IMG/VR virus record: IMGVR_UViG_3300049142_000058
Location: 7,909-71,908 of that record
Direction: 5' to 3' (one strand)
Length of the DNA: 64,000 nucleotides
DNA from: a virus
Taxonomy: Duplodnaviria; Caudoviricetes
The first letter of the stretch is position 1. Each line of letters begins with the position of its first letter. Both the position numbers and the translations under genes were made by a program. Shown here one piece after another: positions 17,508 through 26,683 of the stretch. The notes under the pieces were generated by a model that saw only the letters and a program-made list of their open reading frames with translations, made no database searches and had not been told where the DNA came from.

Positions 17508-17906
17508 TCACGTCTCCAGGAGTACGGGGGCGCGCATGAGGGTCCATCCGCCGTGGCCGATGGCTACCTCGCCCTCCAGGGGCTCGCGGCACTGCGTGTG
17601 CAGCACCAGCAGCGCTCGCGCGGTCACGCCAAGGTCGTGCAGCCTCTCCGGCAGGTTGGCCGACGGCGCGTCGGGGGCGAGGAGTTCGTCCACGTGGCGC
17701 AGGGTGCACAGGGCCGCGTCGCGCGTGCTGGTCTGCATGCGCGGGACGATGGCGGCCACCTCCGGGGAGAGCTGACGCACGTACCCCTCGATCGTGCCGA
17801 TCAGCGCGGGCAACGCCTCGCCGGTCGGCGCCGGTTCCCACAGGGCACGCTGACACGTCCTGTGGATCGTCTCGGCGTCGATGGCCGCCGTCTGCTCAGT
17901 GCCCAC
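17508..17906 (-). CDS. DUF6415-like protein
   Basis: IDAETI..T..RAL...L...I.GYVRQL.PEV pattern; a common neighbour of Streptomyces RiPP cassettes. Confidence 0.55.
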   Translation of the reverse strand: MGTEQTAAIDAETIHRTCQRALWEPAPTGEALPALIGTIEGYVRQLSPEVAAIVPRMQTSTRDAALCTLRHVDELLAPDAPSANLPERLHDLGVTARALLVLHTQCREPLEGEVAIGHGGWTLMRAPVLLET

Positions 17907-18465
17907 CGCGGACCTCCTCCACCGTGAGCCGGTCCCGTCCGTACGTCACCAGCCGGGCGACGGCGTCCGCATCGCACAGGGTGCCGGGTCTGTCCATCGG
18001 CACGCACCAGTAGGACCAGTGCATCTCGGGGTCCGTGCACTCCAGACGGGGCACGCCCATGAGCCAATCTCCGTCCAGGAGCTGCACGCCGACGTACCGG
18101 CGCCCCTGCCACTCCGGGCGGTGGGAGGTGTCCGGCGGTACCAGGGCGTAGTACCTGCGGTTCTGCTGGTCGGCGAACACCGGCCCGCCGTGCAGCTGCT
18201 CACGCAGAAAGGCGTTCACCGTCTGCGGGCCCGTAGTGCCTGCCGCAGCGTGGATGATCTCCGCGTTGACAGCGACCGCGGCGAACAGCCTGCCGCACTT
18301 GAGCAGGGCCACACCGCCCTTGTCCCACTCCCGGAGGGCCTGCTCGGCGCCCTGCGCGGCCAGCAGCAGCCACGACTGCACCGACCTTTCACGCTCCCGG
18401 GGGTGCAGCAGCACGCCGTCCGGCGGGTGATGGGTGGTGCTGGTATGTGACGGCGCGGTGCTCAT
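17896..18465 (-). CDS. Conserved Streptomyces hypothetical (prim-pol-like fold possible)
   Basis: WLL.AA....ALREW..GGVALL.CGRLF.AV; GPVFAD...RYYALVP. Confidence 0.65.
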   Translation of the reverse strand: MSTAPSHTSTTHHPPDGVLLHPRERERSVQSWLLLAAQGAEQALREWDKGGVALLKCGRLFAAVAVNAEIIHAAAGTTGPQTVNAFLREQLHGGPVFADQQNRRYYALVPPDTSHRPEWQGRRYVGVQLLDGDWLMGVPRLECTDPEMHWSYWCVPMDRPGTLCDADAVARLVTYGRDRLTVEEVRGGH

Positions 18466-18533
18466 GGGAAACCCCCTGGCCCGAAGTGAGTGTGACGGCT
18501 GCTCAACTCACGGTAGGGACCAGGGGGTGACGT

Positions 18534-18556
18534 AAGGGCTACAGTTTGTAGCCCTT
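18534..18556. promoter_or_regulatory. Perfect 10-bp inverted repeat operator AAGGGCTACA-GTT-TGTAGCCCTT
   Basis: Lies between the regulator gene and the first cargo gene. Confidence 0.6.
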
Positions 18557-18564
18557 CTGCACGC

Positions 18565-19806
18565 TCACACGACGCCGAGCCGGATGCCCATCTCAACCAG
18601 CTCGCTGCGCTTTTGAGTGCGGATCATCGTGCCCACGGTCTCCCGTACGCCGGCGTGCATCCGGGTGGCCTGCGGCGCCAGACGCTCCGCCTTGAGGAAC
18701 GCGCCGAGGGCCTCCTCCCGCTGTCCGTTGTAGAAGTGGGCTCGCCCCACGTCGATGTAGTGGTGGGAGTGCCGTTCCGGCGCGAACTTCTTGGGCAGGC
18801 GCACCTTGACGGCACGGTCCACGGCCAGGCGGCCCTTGCCCATCTCCACGGGCAGGCTCACACCCCAGATGGCTACGTTCGTCGGACCAAACTGGAGCTG
18901 GAAGTCGTTGCGGTCCTCCCCGAGTTCCTCCGCCGCCTGCTTCGCTTTCTTCCAGTGCCGTTCGGTGCTCTCCGGGTCGGCGGACCGCGCGGAGTTGAGC
19001 GCGGCTTTCAGGTGGAACACGCCCCGCAGGGACACCACCTCGGGCCGGCCTTCGCGTAGGCCGCCCAGCTCGGTGAGGGCGCCGTCGATGATGGCTCCCG
19101 CCTCGTCGTGGTCCCCTATGCACAGGAACTCGCCGGCGTCGTACCACTGCGCGGCCAGGATGCGCAGCGGGTCCTCACTGGTCTGCGCCGCCCACAGCAC
19201 CCGCTCCGTGGCCAGGGTGGCGTCTGAGGTGTGGCCCAGCTTGTACAGGTACTGCATGGCGCACTCATACGCGGAGGCGAGCAGCCCGAAGGCTTCCCGC
19301 CGCGTGTCCCCGTTGAGCACCTCACACGCCACCTGGAGGTCGCGCAGCAAGGCGGGCAGGACGGCGCCGGACTTGGACAGGGCCGCGGCCTGCCGGTGAG
19401 CATTCGCCTCACCGACACGGCGCCGCAGCTCCAGCAGGTCAACCGCCGCCGCCTCCAGGTCGGAGGGCCGGGCGGGGCGGCCGTGCCGCAGCAGCGCATG
19501 ACGTACAGCAGCGACGGAGGCGACCGCCGCCTGCCCCTCTATGTCGGAGGCCACCGGCATGTACGGTCCGCCGGTGATTTCGGTGGGGTGACAGTCCAGG
19601 GCTTTGGCGAACTGGAGGACCACGGGCGGGCGGTCCAGGCTTCGGCGACCTTGTTCGAAGGCTTTCACGGAGGCGAGAGAGTATCCGGTTTCGGTGGCGA
19701 GGCGCTGCTGTGTCCAGCGGCGGCGCGCACGGAGGCGGGCAAGGCGCTGCCCGTTGCTCTCAGTGCTCCCCCGTGTGTCAGCGTAGTGGGGCATACTGGG
19801 CTCCAT
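18565..19806 (-). CDS. XRE HTH regulator with TPR-like C-terminal domain
   Basis: LARLRARRRWTQQRLA..TGYS...VKAFEQGRR; FGPTNVAIWGVS; RHSHHYIDVGRA; AERLAPQ. Confidence 0.88.
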   Translation of the reverse strand: MEPSMPHYADTRGSTESNGQRLARLRARRRWTQQRLATETGYSLASVKAFEQGRRSLDRPPVVLQFAKALDCHPTEITGGPYMPVASDIEGQAAVASVAAVRHALLRHGRPARPSDLEAAAVDLLELRRRVGEANAHRQAAALSKSGAVLPALLRDLQVACEVLNGDTRREAFGLLASAYECAMQYLYKLGHTSDATLATERVLWAAQTSEDPLRILAAQWYDAGEFLCIGDHDEAGAIIDGALTELGGLREGRPEVVSLRGVFHLKAALNSARSADPESTERHWKKAKQAAEELGEDRNDFQLQFGPTNVAIWGVSLPVEMGKGRLAVDRAVKVRLPKKFAPERHSHHYIDVGRAHFYNGQREEALGAFLKAERLAPQATRMHAGVRETVGTMIRTQKRSELVEMGIRLGVV

Positions 19807-19860
19807 CCATTCCTAGCGTCCACTGGGAACGGTACCCCTGTCGGCCGGCCGGGAGACTGG

Positions 19861-19897
19861 GAAAGCCCCTTACGTCACCGTGACGTGAGGGGCTTTC
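19861..19897. terminator. Hairpin GAAAGCCCC...GGGGCTTTC
   Basis: Near-perfect 18-bp inverted repeat. Confidence 0.55.
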
Positions 19898-19926
19898 GCC
19901 GTTCAAACAGGCCGTACAAACGCCAA

Positions 19927-19958
19927 CGCCCCGCCCGGTTTCCAGGCCGGGCGGGGCG
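19927..19958 (-). terminator. GC hairpin ending the late transcript
   Basis: CGCCCCGCCCGG-N8-CCGGGCGGGGCG. Confidence 0.55.
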
Positions 19959-20053
19959 CGGTGGTGCACTGTCCGAGTAGCGGCGCAAGCAGCCAGCAAG
20001 CATGCTCATAGGGACACCCTCACGGTAACTCCGCCCACCGACATCCGGGCCGG

Positions 20054-20488
20054 TCAGCCGTGGGGCTCCGGTGTCCGGGAGTCCAGCCGCCGCCGGTGAG
20101 GCTCCTGCCCGGGGTGGGCCTGCGCGTAGTGCGCGAGGAGGGCCTCCTCGATGCGTCGGTCCGCCGCCGCGCGCCGCTGCTCCACCTCCGCGGTGATCGC
20201 AGCGGACACGTCCTCACTGGTGAAGTTCGCCGGCAGCACCAGGGGCCCGGGCAGCTCCCTGCCCGGGTCTTCCTCATGGGCCCATCCGCAGCCCGTCATG
20301 CACGGGTACCGCACCGCGGTGGACCTCAGCGACCACGGCAGTTGCGGCGGCGGGATCATCGTGAACACCGGGGCCGCCGGCTCAGGCTCCCGCGTGGCCG
20401 CCTCCCACCAGTCCCGCATCATCCGCGCCCGCTGCTCCGGCGGCATCTGCGCGAGCAGCTCCTCCGCTTGCTTCACCGTGTCGTCCAT
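20054..20488 (-). CDS. Hypothetical protein (YPCMTGCGWAHEE motif)
   Basis: Typical codon usage. Confidence 0.65.
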   Translation of the reverse strand: MDDTVKQAEELLAQMPPEQRARMMRDWWEAATREPEPAAPVFTMIPPPQLPWSLRSTAVRYPCMTGCGWAHEEDPGRELPGPLVLPANFTSEDVSAAITAEVEQRRAAADRRIEEALLAHYAQAHPGQEPHRRRLDSRTPEPHG

Positions 20489-20554
20489 CCGGCCAGCATG
20501 GCAGGGCCCCGCCCCCGGGGCCGGGTGGGGGACGGGGCTCGTCTCAGGGTGGGC

Positions 20555-21268
20555 TTACGGGTACTGCCGCCGGAACGGGTCGAGCCCCCACGCTTGCGGC
20601 ACCGTCTCCGGCTCGTCATGCTGCGGCTCGGTCGGCTGGCAGTCGTAGCGCGGGGCGTCCGTATCGAAGTCTGTGACGGGCGTGCACTGGTAGGTGGCGC
20701 CCTTGTAGGTGAACGTCCACCCGGCGGGCGGCCGGCCGTCGGCTCCGTCGGTTCCGTCACGGCCCGCGGGTCCCGGCGATCCCTCCGGCCCGGGCGCTCC
20801 TTCCGGTCCGGGTGACCCCGCAGGACCGGGCGGACCCGCGACGGTGGAGTCCGCACCCGCCGGCCCGGACGGGCCCGGCACCGTCGAGTCGGCGCCGTCC
20901 TTGCCCGGCGCCCCCGCTGGCCCGGATGGGCCCGGCGACGGCGTGATCGTGGGCGCGTCCTTCCCCCGCTCGCCGGCGGGCCCCCGTTCACCCTGTCGGC
21001 CAGGGGCGCCGACACCGCTCTGGCCGGGCTCCCCGCGCGACCCAGGGGGCCCGGCGACAGGCCTCCCGCCGAGCTGCTGCACCTGCCTGGCCAGCAGATC
21101 CCGGGCCTTGTTCGCGCCCCGCAGATCGGTCGCTGTCGAGCGCAGATCGTTCGACATGGTGACGACCTGCACGCAAAGCCACCCCAGCAGCAGCACAGCA
21201 GCAACACCGGTGAGCCAGATCAGCCACTCCGCGCGGGGCAGGGGAAGCCTCTTGAGGACGCGGGTCAT
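20555..21268 (-). CDS. Membrane-anchored collagen-like protein (lysis cassette)
   Basis: N-terminal TM, coiled coil, Gly-X-Y repeats; ATGA-coupled. Confidence 0.75.
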   Translation of the reverse strand: MTRVLKRLPLPRAEWLIWLTGVAAVLLLGWLCVQVVTMSNDLRSTATDLRGANKARDLLARQVQQLGGRPVAGPPGSRGEPGQSGVGAPGRQGERGPAGERGKDAPTITPSPGPSGPAGAPGKDGADSTVPGPSGPAGADSTVAGPPGPAGSPGPEGAPGPEGSPGPAGRDGTDGADGRPPAGWTFTYKGATYQCTPVTDFDTDAPRYDCQPTEPQHDEPETVPQAWGLDPFRRQYP

Positions 21269-21615
21269 TTCGACACCACCGCCCACACCGATATCGCCGC
21301 TGCGAGCAACCCCATGAGGACGGGCACGATCGCCTGGTACAGGCGGGCCTGCCGCTCCCTCTCGCGCCGGTCCCGCTCAGCCAACTGGTACTGCTCGAAG
21401 GCAGCCTCTACGGCCTCCCGGGCGCTGATCTCCTTCTGCAACTCCTGCGAGAGGGCAGTGATCCGCTGGTCCGTGTGAGCCGACTGAAGGGTGTACACCT
21501 CAGCCGACACCAGCCGGTCAAGGCGGCGGTTCAGCGACGCCATCCCGTCGCGGAACTCATCACGCATGGCGTCCACCGTGCGCCCGAGCTCCCCCACGCT
21601 CAGATCATCGGGCAC
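21265..21615 (-). CDS. Membrane protein, lysis cassette
   Basis: Coiled coil plus C-terminal TM. Confidence 0.7.
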   Translation of the reverse strand: MPDDLSVGELGRTVDAMRDEFRDGMASLNRRLDRLVSAEVYTLQSAHTDQRITALSQELQKEISAREAVEAAFEQYQLAERDRRERERQARLYQAIVPVLMGLLAAAISVWAVVSK

Positions 21616-21655
21616 GCCGGCCGCCGCTGATTGGGAGCGGCCGGCTTGCGGCCCC

Positions 21656-21949
21656 TCATGTGCGGCTCTGGCGGATCAGCTCACCGACATCGTCCGTCGG
21701 CGCGTACTTGGGCGGACGGGCGTACCCGAGGAGCATCCCGGCGGCGCCCTTGAGCCAGAGCGGCCCGCCGAGCTTCTCGGCCGCCCGCTCAACGAGCCGG
21801 AACACCAGGTAGTAGGCGGCGACGATGGCGAGCGTCACGCCCGCCTGAGCCTTGTTGCTGTCGAGCGTGAACCCGAGTCCGGTCAGGGCGACGATGATCC
21901 AGCCGGCGACGAGGGGAACGACCGTACGGAGGACGGAGGGGAGCAGCAC
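21656..21949 (-). CDS. Holin
   Basis: Small multi-TM protein immediately after the endolysin; GYARPPKY tail. Confidence 0.75.
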   Translation of the reverse strand: MLLPSVLRTVVPLVAGWIIVALTGLGFTLDSNKAQAGVTLAIVAAYYLVFRLVERAAEKLGGPLWLKGAAGMLLGYARPPKYAPTDDVGELIRQSRT

Positions 21950-21950
21950 G

Positions 21951-22916
21951 TCAGGACTCCTTGAAGACGAGCGCCGTGAGGACGGCGCTGGTGATGGTGA
22001 CCGGAGCGTCGGACTGGTTCAGCAGCCGCACCCGCATGCCGCGGCCCTTCGCGAGCCGTTTCGTCAGCGGCACCACGCCGTAAGTGCCGCCGGGCGTGCC
22101 GATGATCTCGTGGATCGGGTGATCCGCCCTGTGCTCGTCGCCCTCGTACTCCGACATGCGGACCTGGACGACGTGGCCGACGGCCAGGCCGTCGAGGGTG
22201 AGACTCACGCTGCCGGTGAACTTCGCGGCGCCCCGCACGAACACACTGCCGCCGGCGGCATGGTCGCCGGCGGTGTCCGCCCACTCCTGCGTGAACTCGA
22301 TGGAGTCCCACGCGCCCGGCCGCAGCGTGAAGGCCTTCGCCAGGCCGACGTTCACATAGTTGGGCACGTCTTCCTCCTGTTGTGTCTGGCCGTTGGCGGC
22401 GGCGACGATCCGCGGGAACAGCACCTCACGGAACTGGCGGATGCGGGCCGCTCCCGGGCAGGCCGTGCCGTCCGTCGACCACTGCGGGAACATGCTGTGA
22501 TAGCCGAACCCCGGGTCATCGTGGCTGCGGCAGATCCGCAGCGGGATCCCGTGGTGCTCGTGCAACCACACGCCGATGCGGACCAGCATGTCGAGCTGCT
22601 CGTCCGTCCACGGGTCTGACCCCTTCGTGTTCGACGCCGTCTCGGCGCTGACAGCGCCGGTTCCGTCGGCTCGCCGGTTCGCTCCCGCATTCGCGTCCGC
22701 CCTGGTCTCAGTCCCGATGTACTGAGCAGCGCTGCCGTCGTGGCCCACCCCGAAATGAGATTCGAGGTTGGTGGAATCCCGCCAGAACTCATACGTGCGC
22801 TGCGGCGTCCACGGCGCGACGATGGTGTGCACGATGAACTGCGTCGGCCGGATCGCCGCCTGGTTGTCGGACTCCGGTTGGAGCTCCAGCTTCTTTACGA
22901 ACGGGCACCAGGCCAT
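21951..22916 (-). CDS. Endolysin, N-acetylmuramoyl-L-alanine amidase (Amidase_2)
   Basis: FIVHTIV, ESHFGV, SAETAS, FGYHS, TACPG. TGATG-coupled start MAWCP. Confidence 0.9.
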   Translation of the reverse strand: MAWCPFVKKLELQPESDNQAAIRPTQFIVHTIVAPWTPQRTYEFWRDSTNLESHFGVGHDGSAAQYIGTETRADANAGANRRADGTGAVSAETASNTKGSDPWTDEQLDMLVRIGVWLHEHHGIPLRICRSHDDPGFGYHSMFPQWSTDGTACPGAARIRQFREVLFPRIVAAANGQTQQEEDVPNYVNVGLAKAFTLRPGAWDSIEFTQEWADTAGDHAAGGSVFVRGAAKFTGSVSLTLDGLAVGHVVQVRMSEYEGDEHRADHPIHEIIGTPGGTYGVVPLTKRLAKGRGMRVRLLNQSDAPVTITSAVLTALVFKES

Positions 22917-23212
22917 CAGGGGGTCTCCTCCGGCTCGGACGGCGGGGTGTAGCCGGACAGGGTGGACGCCACGGCCGGGTCGAAGTTGGCGGCCACCAGC
23001 GCGTCGTACGCGCCCTTCTTCTGCGCCGCCTCCGCGGCCTGCACGTCGGCCTTGTGCTGGTCCTGAGCCGCCCGCCACTGGGACAGCTTGACCGCGTACG
23101 CCTCCGCGTCCAGGAGCGTGGCGCCGGGCGGGGGCGTCGGGTCGGGGTGCGTCGTCTCCATCGTGCCGAGTCGGCCGTCCGGGAACTCGTAGTACAGCGT
23201 CTGAACTGCCAT
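22916..23212 (-). CDS. Small tail-fibre chaperone-like protein (copy 2)
   Basis: YYEFPDGRL...PPGATLLDAEAY...LVAANF..AVASTLSGY; paralog of 24030-24326. Confidence 0.65.
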   Translation of the reverse strand: MAVQTLYYEFPDGRLGTMETTHPDPTPPPGATLLDAEAYAVKLSQWRAAQDQHKADVQAAEAAQKKGAYDALVAANFDPAVASTLSGYTPPSEPEETP

Positions 23213-23224
23213 GACTGGGGCCCC

Positions 23225-23926
23225 TTAGCCGATCAGGTTGGTAAAGATCCAGGCGCGCAGCGTCGCCTGAATACGGGTGATCACCGCGCCGCCCGCGCCG
23301 CGGCCGGCCTGGATCTGCATCGTGATCGTCCGCGTCTCGCCAGGGGTCAGCGTCAGATTGCTGATCTTGTTCTCCTGGGCGTGCGTGTTGAACACCATCG
23401 CGTTGCCCTGGTTGGCGAGGTAGACCATGTCGTCGGAGTCCAGGCCGATCATGCCCGCGCCGCCGTTCGCGGGCAGGTTCAAGTCCAGGTCCACCTCCCG
23501 GAAAAGGATCACGTGGGCCGGGCGGCACGCGTCCGGATTGGTGATCGTCAGGGAGATGGAGTCGATGTTCTCCTCCGGCGTCGTCGGCACGGGGATCGGC
23601 GACGGCAGCACATCGTTGCGGGAGATCTCAAAGAAGTCCTGCCGCACCGGCGGGTCCGTACGCAGTTCACCCGTCGCCGGGTCGCAGTACGCCCCGCCGC
23701 CCTCCGTGACCGGGCAGGTGTACGGCCACGTCTGCGTGTTGGCCGTGATCGGGTCCGCGGCGGTACCGGTACCGGTGAGCCCGCAGCCGGCGGTTACGGC
23801 CGCGGCACCAGCCGCGGCGCTGATCACGTACGGGTTGCCGGTGGAGCCCGCCCCCGTCACGGTGGTGTTGGCACCGGCCATGATCACGCAATTGCACTGA
23901 CCGCCGCCGCACTTGCAGCTAGCCAT
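23225..23926 (-). CDS. Minor tail/fibre protein (copy 2)
   Basis: MASCKCGGGQCNC...; paralog of 24341-25180. Confidence 0.7.
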   Translation of the reverse strand: MASCKCGGGQCNCVIMAGANTTVTGAGSTGNPYVISAAAGAAAVTAGCGLTGTGTAADPITANTQTWPYTCPVTEGGGAYCDPATGELRTDPPVRQDFFEISRNDVLPSPIPVPTTPEENIDSISLTITNPDACRPAHVILFREVDLDLNLPANGGAGMIGLDSDDMVYLANQGNAMVFNTHAQENKISNLTLTPGETRTITMQIQAGRGAGGAVITRIQATLRAWIFTNLIG

Positions 23927-23953
23927 GAATCCCCCCGAAGGAGTGGAAATCAC

Positions 23954-23989
23954 AGCCCGGCCGGATACGCCAGCAGCAGCAACAGTCTA
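23954..23989 (-). promoter_or_regulatory. Conserved phage promoter motif copy (TANNNT...GCTGCTGGCGTA-N3-GGCCGGGCT)
   Basis: One of 8 copies upstream of late genes (also at 25207, 26012, 33029, 33854, 36598, 47540, 62825). Confidence 0.65.
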
Positions 23990-24029
23990 GAGCCCGCACC
24001 TGCACACTCAGCAGGCCCGCAACCTCACA

Positions 24030-24326
24030 TCAGTCCAGGTCCACCAACGGCTCGTGCCCGGACAGGCGGGAGGCCACCGCCTGCGGCAGCCCCACGGCGC
24101 GCAGCGCCAGATACGCCGTCTCAGACAGCGCGAGCTCCGCCACCTGCTGCGCCTCCTCCTGCGCGGCCCGCTCCGCCTCGAGGACGGCTATGCCCGCGCG
24201 GAAAGCCTCCTCGGTCAGCTCCACCGCGCCCTCCGGCGTCGGCGTGCTCACGCCCTCCGAAAGGACCACCTGCCGCAGCCGCCCGTCCGGGAGCTGGAGG
24301 TAACGCGTCGTCGTGGCCTCATCCAT
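24030..24326 (-). CDS. Small tail-fibre chaperone-like protein (copy 1)
   Basis: RYLQLPDGRL...PEGAVELTEEAF...LRAVGLPQAVASRLSGH. Confidence 0.65.
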   Translation of the reverse strand: MDEATTTRYLQLPDGRLRQVVLSEGVSTPTPEGAVELTEEAFRAGIAVLEAERAAQEEAQQVAELALSETAYLALRAVGLPQAVASRLSGHEPLVDLD

Positions 24327-24340
24327 GGCACAGGCCCCAA

Positions 24341-25180
24341 TCAGCTCAGAGGAATGGAGAACAGCCACGCCCGGACGGTGGCCTGGATACGCGAGTACGT
24401 TGCCCCTCCGGCGCCCCGGCCGACGGTGACGTTCAAGGGGATCGCCACCGTCCCGCCGGCCGGAATGGTCACCTGGTGCATCACACTGTGCTGCCCGTGC
24501 CAGGCCGTCATGGACGTGGTGCCCGTGTTCTTCATGTAGTTGAGGTCATCGCCGGCGACCCCGGACGCCGCCTGCCCGCCGTCGGCAGGGAGGTTGAAGT
24601 CCACGTCCACCGTCCGGTGCACGAGCACGAACGCTTCCCGGCACGGGTCCGGGTTGGTCAGGTTGATGCTGACCGTGTCCACCGTGGTCTCCGCGGCAGG
24701 CACGGTGCGCGCGGTGAACGCGTCGTTGATGCTCGCCTCACGGTAGCGGGCCCGAAACGGCGGGTCCGTCCTCAAGCGGCCCGTCGCCGCATCGCAGTAC
24801 ACCGCACCGCCGTTGGCGCCAATCGGGCACGTGAACGGCCACGCAGCGACGTTGGCTCTCACCGGGCTGCTGGCGGACCCGTCACCCAAGATGCCGCAGC
24901 CCGCGGTTACCGTGGCCGCGCCCGCCGGCACGTACATGCCGTTGGGCCGCATGACGAGGTTGTTGCCCGCGTCCTCGGAGATGTCCGCCGAGATGACGCC
25001 GGTCGTCCTGTTGAAGGCGACCCCGGCACCGTTGGACAGGCAGTTACGCACCTCGACGCAGTTCATCACCGCACTCACGACGTACGGATTGAGCGTGCTC
25101 CCCGTACCCGTGACGGTCGTGTTCGTGCCCGCCTGCACAACGCACTGGCAGTCCCCGCCGCCGCACTGGCACCGCGCCAT
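24341..25180 (-). CDS. Minor tail/fibre protein (copy 1)
   Basis: MARCQCGGGDCQC...VTAGCG...W.FTCP...YCD.ATG.LRTDPP...NPD.CR. Confidence 0.7.
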   Translation of the reverse strand: MARCQCGGGDCQCVVQAGTNTTVTGTGSTLNPYVVSAVMNCVEVRNCLSNGAGVAFNRTTGVISADISEDAGNNLVMRPNGMYVPAGAATVTAGCGILGDGSASSPVRANVAAWPFTCPIGANGGAVYCDAATGRLRTDPPFRARYREASINDAFTARTVPAAETTVDTVSINLTNPDPCREAFVLVHRTVDVDFNLPADGGQAASGVAGDDLNYMKNTGTTSMTAWHGQHSVMHQVTIPAGGTVAIPLNVTVGRGAGGATYSRIQATVRAWLFSIPLS

Positions 25181-25264
25181 GAGCCCCTCCAGAGGAGTGC
25201 CATCACAGCCCGGCCACGTACGCCAGCAGCACGGCAAGTGTAAGGGCGCGCCCCGAGCCGACCG

Positions 25265-25984
25265 CTACGCGTACAGACGGACGATCACGATGCCGTCCCC
25301 GCCCACGCCCCCATCCACATCCCCACCGAAGGACAGCGCCCCGCCGGCACCCGCGCCCCGACCGCGCGGCCCGAGCCCGTTGCCCTGCGTCGTACGGCCC
25401 AGCCCGCCGGTGCCCATAAAGGAGTCACCGCCGAACCCGGCCATCCCGTTGGTGCCGTTCAGCCTGATCGCGCTACCGGACGCGCCGCCGCCCATCGTGA
25501 TGTCGCCCGTACCGGCGTTGGGCCCGGCGATGCCCTGCGAGGTGTCCATCGCCGCGCTGGACGGCATGTTCGCGGTACCGCCGAAACCCCCCGGGGCGAT
25601 CACCAGCGACCCGAAGGAGGACGGGCCGCCGTCCCCTCCCTCATTGGACGCGTTGCCCGCGGTCCCGCCCGCCCCCACCTTGACGGTGACGGTCGCCCCG
25701 AGGTCGGACGCCTCGATCAGGGAACGGGAGTAGCCGCCGCCGGTGCCCCCCGGGCGCACCACGGCCTCACCGGTATCAGCGTTGGCGCCCGCTGACCCAC
25801 CGCCGGCGCCCTGCACCTCCACGTCCACGCGCGCCAGCCACGGGAACGAGGCCTTGCTGAACGTGAACGTGCCCGGGTTCGGGTAGACGATCTCCCGCCG
25901 CAGCCCCATGGACCCGGGGACCATGGTCAACTCGCCGTTGCTGTTGATCTCGAAGTACTCGCCGTCTGCGCAGGCCCTCGCCAC
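25265..25984 (-). CDS. Glycine-rich minor tail protein
   Basis: GTFTF...VEVQGAGGG...GGTGGGYS...VGAGG..G..GG.SSFG. Confidence 0.75.
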   Translation of the reverse strand: MARACADGEYFEINSNGELTMVPGSMGLRREIVYPNPGTFTFSKASFPWLARVDVEVQGAGGGSAGANADTGEAVVRPGGTGGGYSRSLIEASDLGATVTVKVGAGGTAGNASNEGGDGGPSSFGSLVIAPGGFGGTANMPSSAAMDTSQGIAGPNAGTGDITMGGGASGSAIRLNGTNGMAGFGGDSFMGTGGLGRTTQGNGLGPRGRGAGAGGALSFGGDVDGGVGGDGIVIVRLYA

Positions 25985-26059
25985 GGAATGTCTCCACCTC
26001 TTGGATTCCGTAGCCCGGCCGGTACGCCAGCAGCTCACCCCAGGGTAGCCACGCCCCCG

Positions 26060-26674
26060 TTAGGTGAGGACGCCCACCGCCATCGCGTGCACCTTGACTC
26101 CGGCGCCGACCGGTAGCGCCGTCTGCCCACCGACGAGCACGCCCGTGGACTGCCACACCCGCACCACCGCCTGCACGGTGGTCACGCTCTCCAGGGTGAC
26201 GAACAGGCCGCGAGCGTCGCCCGGGTCGGAGTCCACGGCGAGCGCGCTGATAACGGGCGGCTGTGCGAACGGCCGGGGGTAGACCCACGTTGCCCGCCCG
26301 TTGGTCGCCGTGGTGATGACGCTCGCGGCCGGCGGCGCCCCCGGCGGCCCGGGCGGTCCCGGCGGTCCGGGGACGGTGGAGTCCGCACCGGGCGGCCCGG
26401 GCGGTCCCGGCGGTCCGGGCACGGTGGAGTCCGCCCCCGGCGGCCCGGGCGGTCCCGGCGGTCCGGGCACCGTGGAGTCCGCCCCCGGCGGCCCGGGCGG
26501 TCCCGGCGGTCCGGGCACCGTGGAGTCCGCCCCCGGCGGCCCGGGCGGTCCCGGCGGTCCGGTCTCACCCTGCCTGCCGCGCGGCCCGGGCTGCCGCGCC
26601 TGCCTCTGGGCATCACGCAGCACCCCCGCAAGCGGGTTGTCGGGAATGAGCCTGGCCGGCGGCCGGTGAGCCAT
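26060..26674 (-). CDS. Collagen-like minor tail protein
   Basis: ([16 protein letters not shown])x4 followed by a beta-rich C-terminus. Confidence 0.75.
   Translation of the reverse strand: MAHRPPARLIPDNPLAGVLRDAQRQARQPGPRGRQGETGPPGPPGPPGADSTVPGPPGPPGPPGADSTVPGPPGPPGPPGADSTVPGPPGPPGPPGADSTVPGPPGPPGPPGAPPAASVITTATNGRATWVYPRPFAQPPVISALAVDSDPGDARGLFVTLESVTTVQAVVRVWQSTGVLVGGQTALPVGAGVKVHAMAVGVLT
26342..26562. repeat. 48-bp tandem repeat, about 4.5 units
   Basis: GGCGGCCCGGGCGGTCCCGGCGGTCCGGG(C/G)AC(G/C)GTGGAGTCCGC(A/C)CC(C/G) units. Confidence 0.9.
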
Positions 26675-26683
26675 CGCTTCCTC

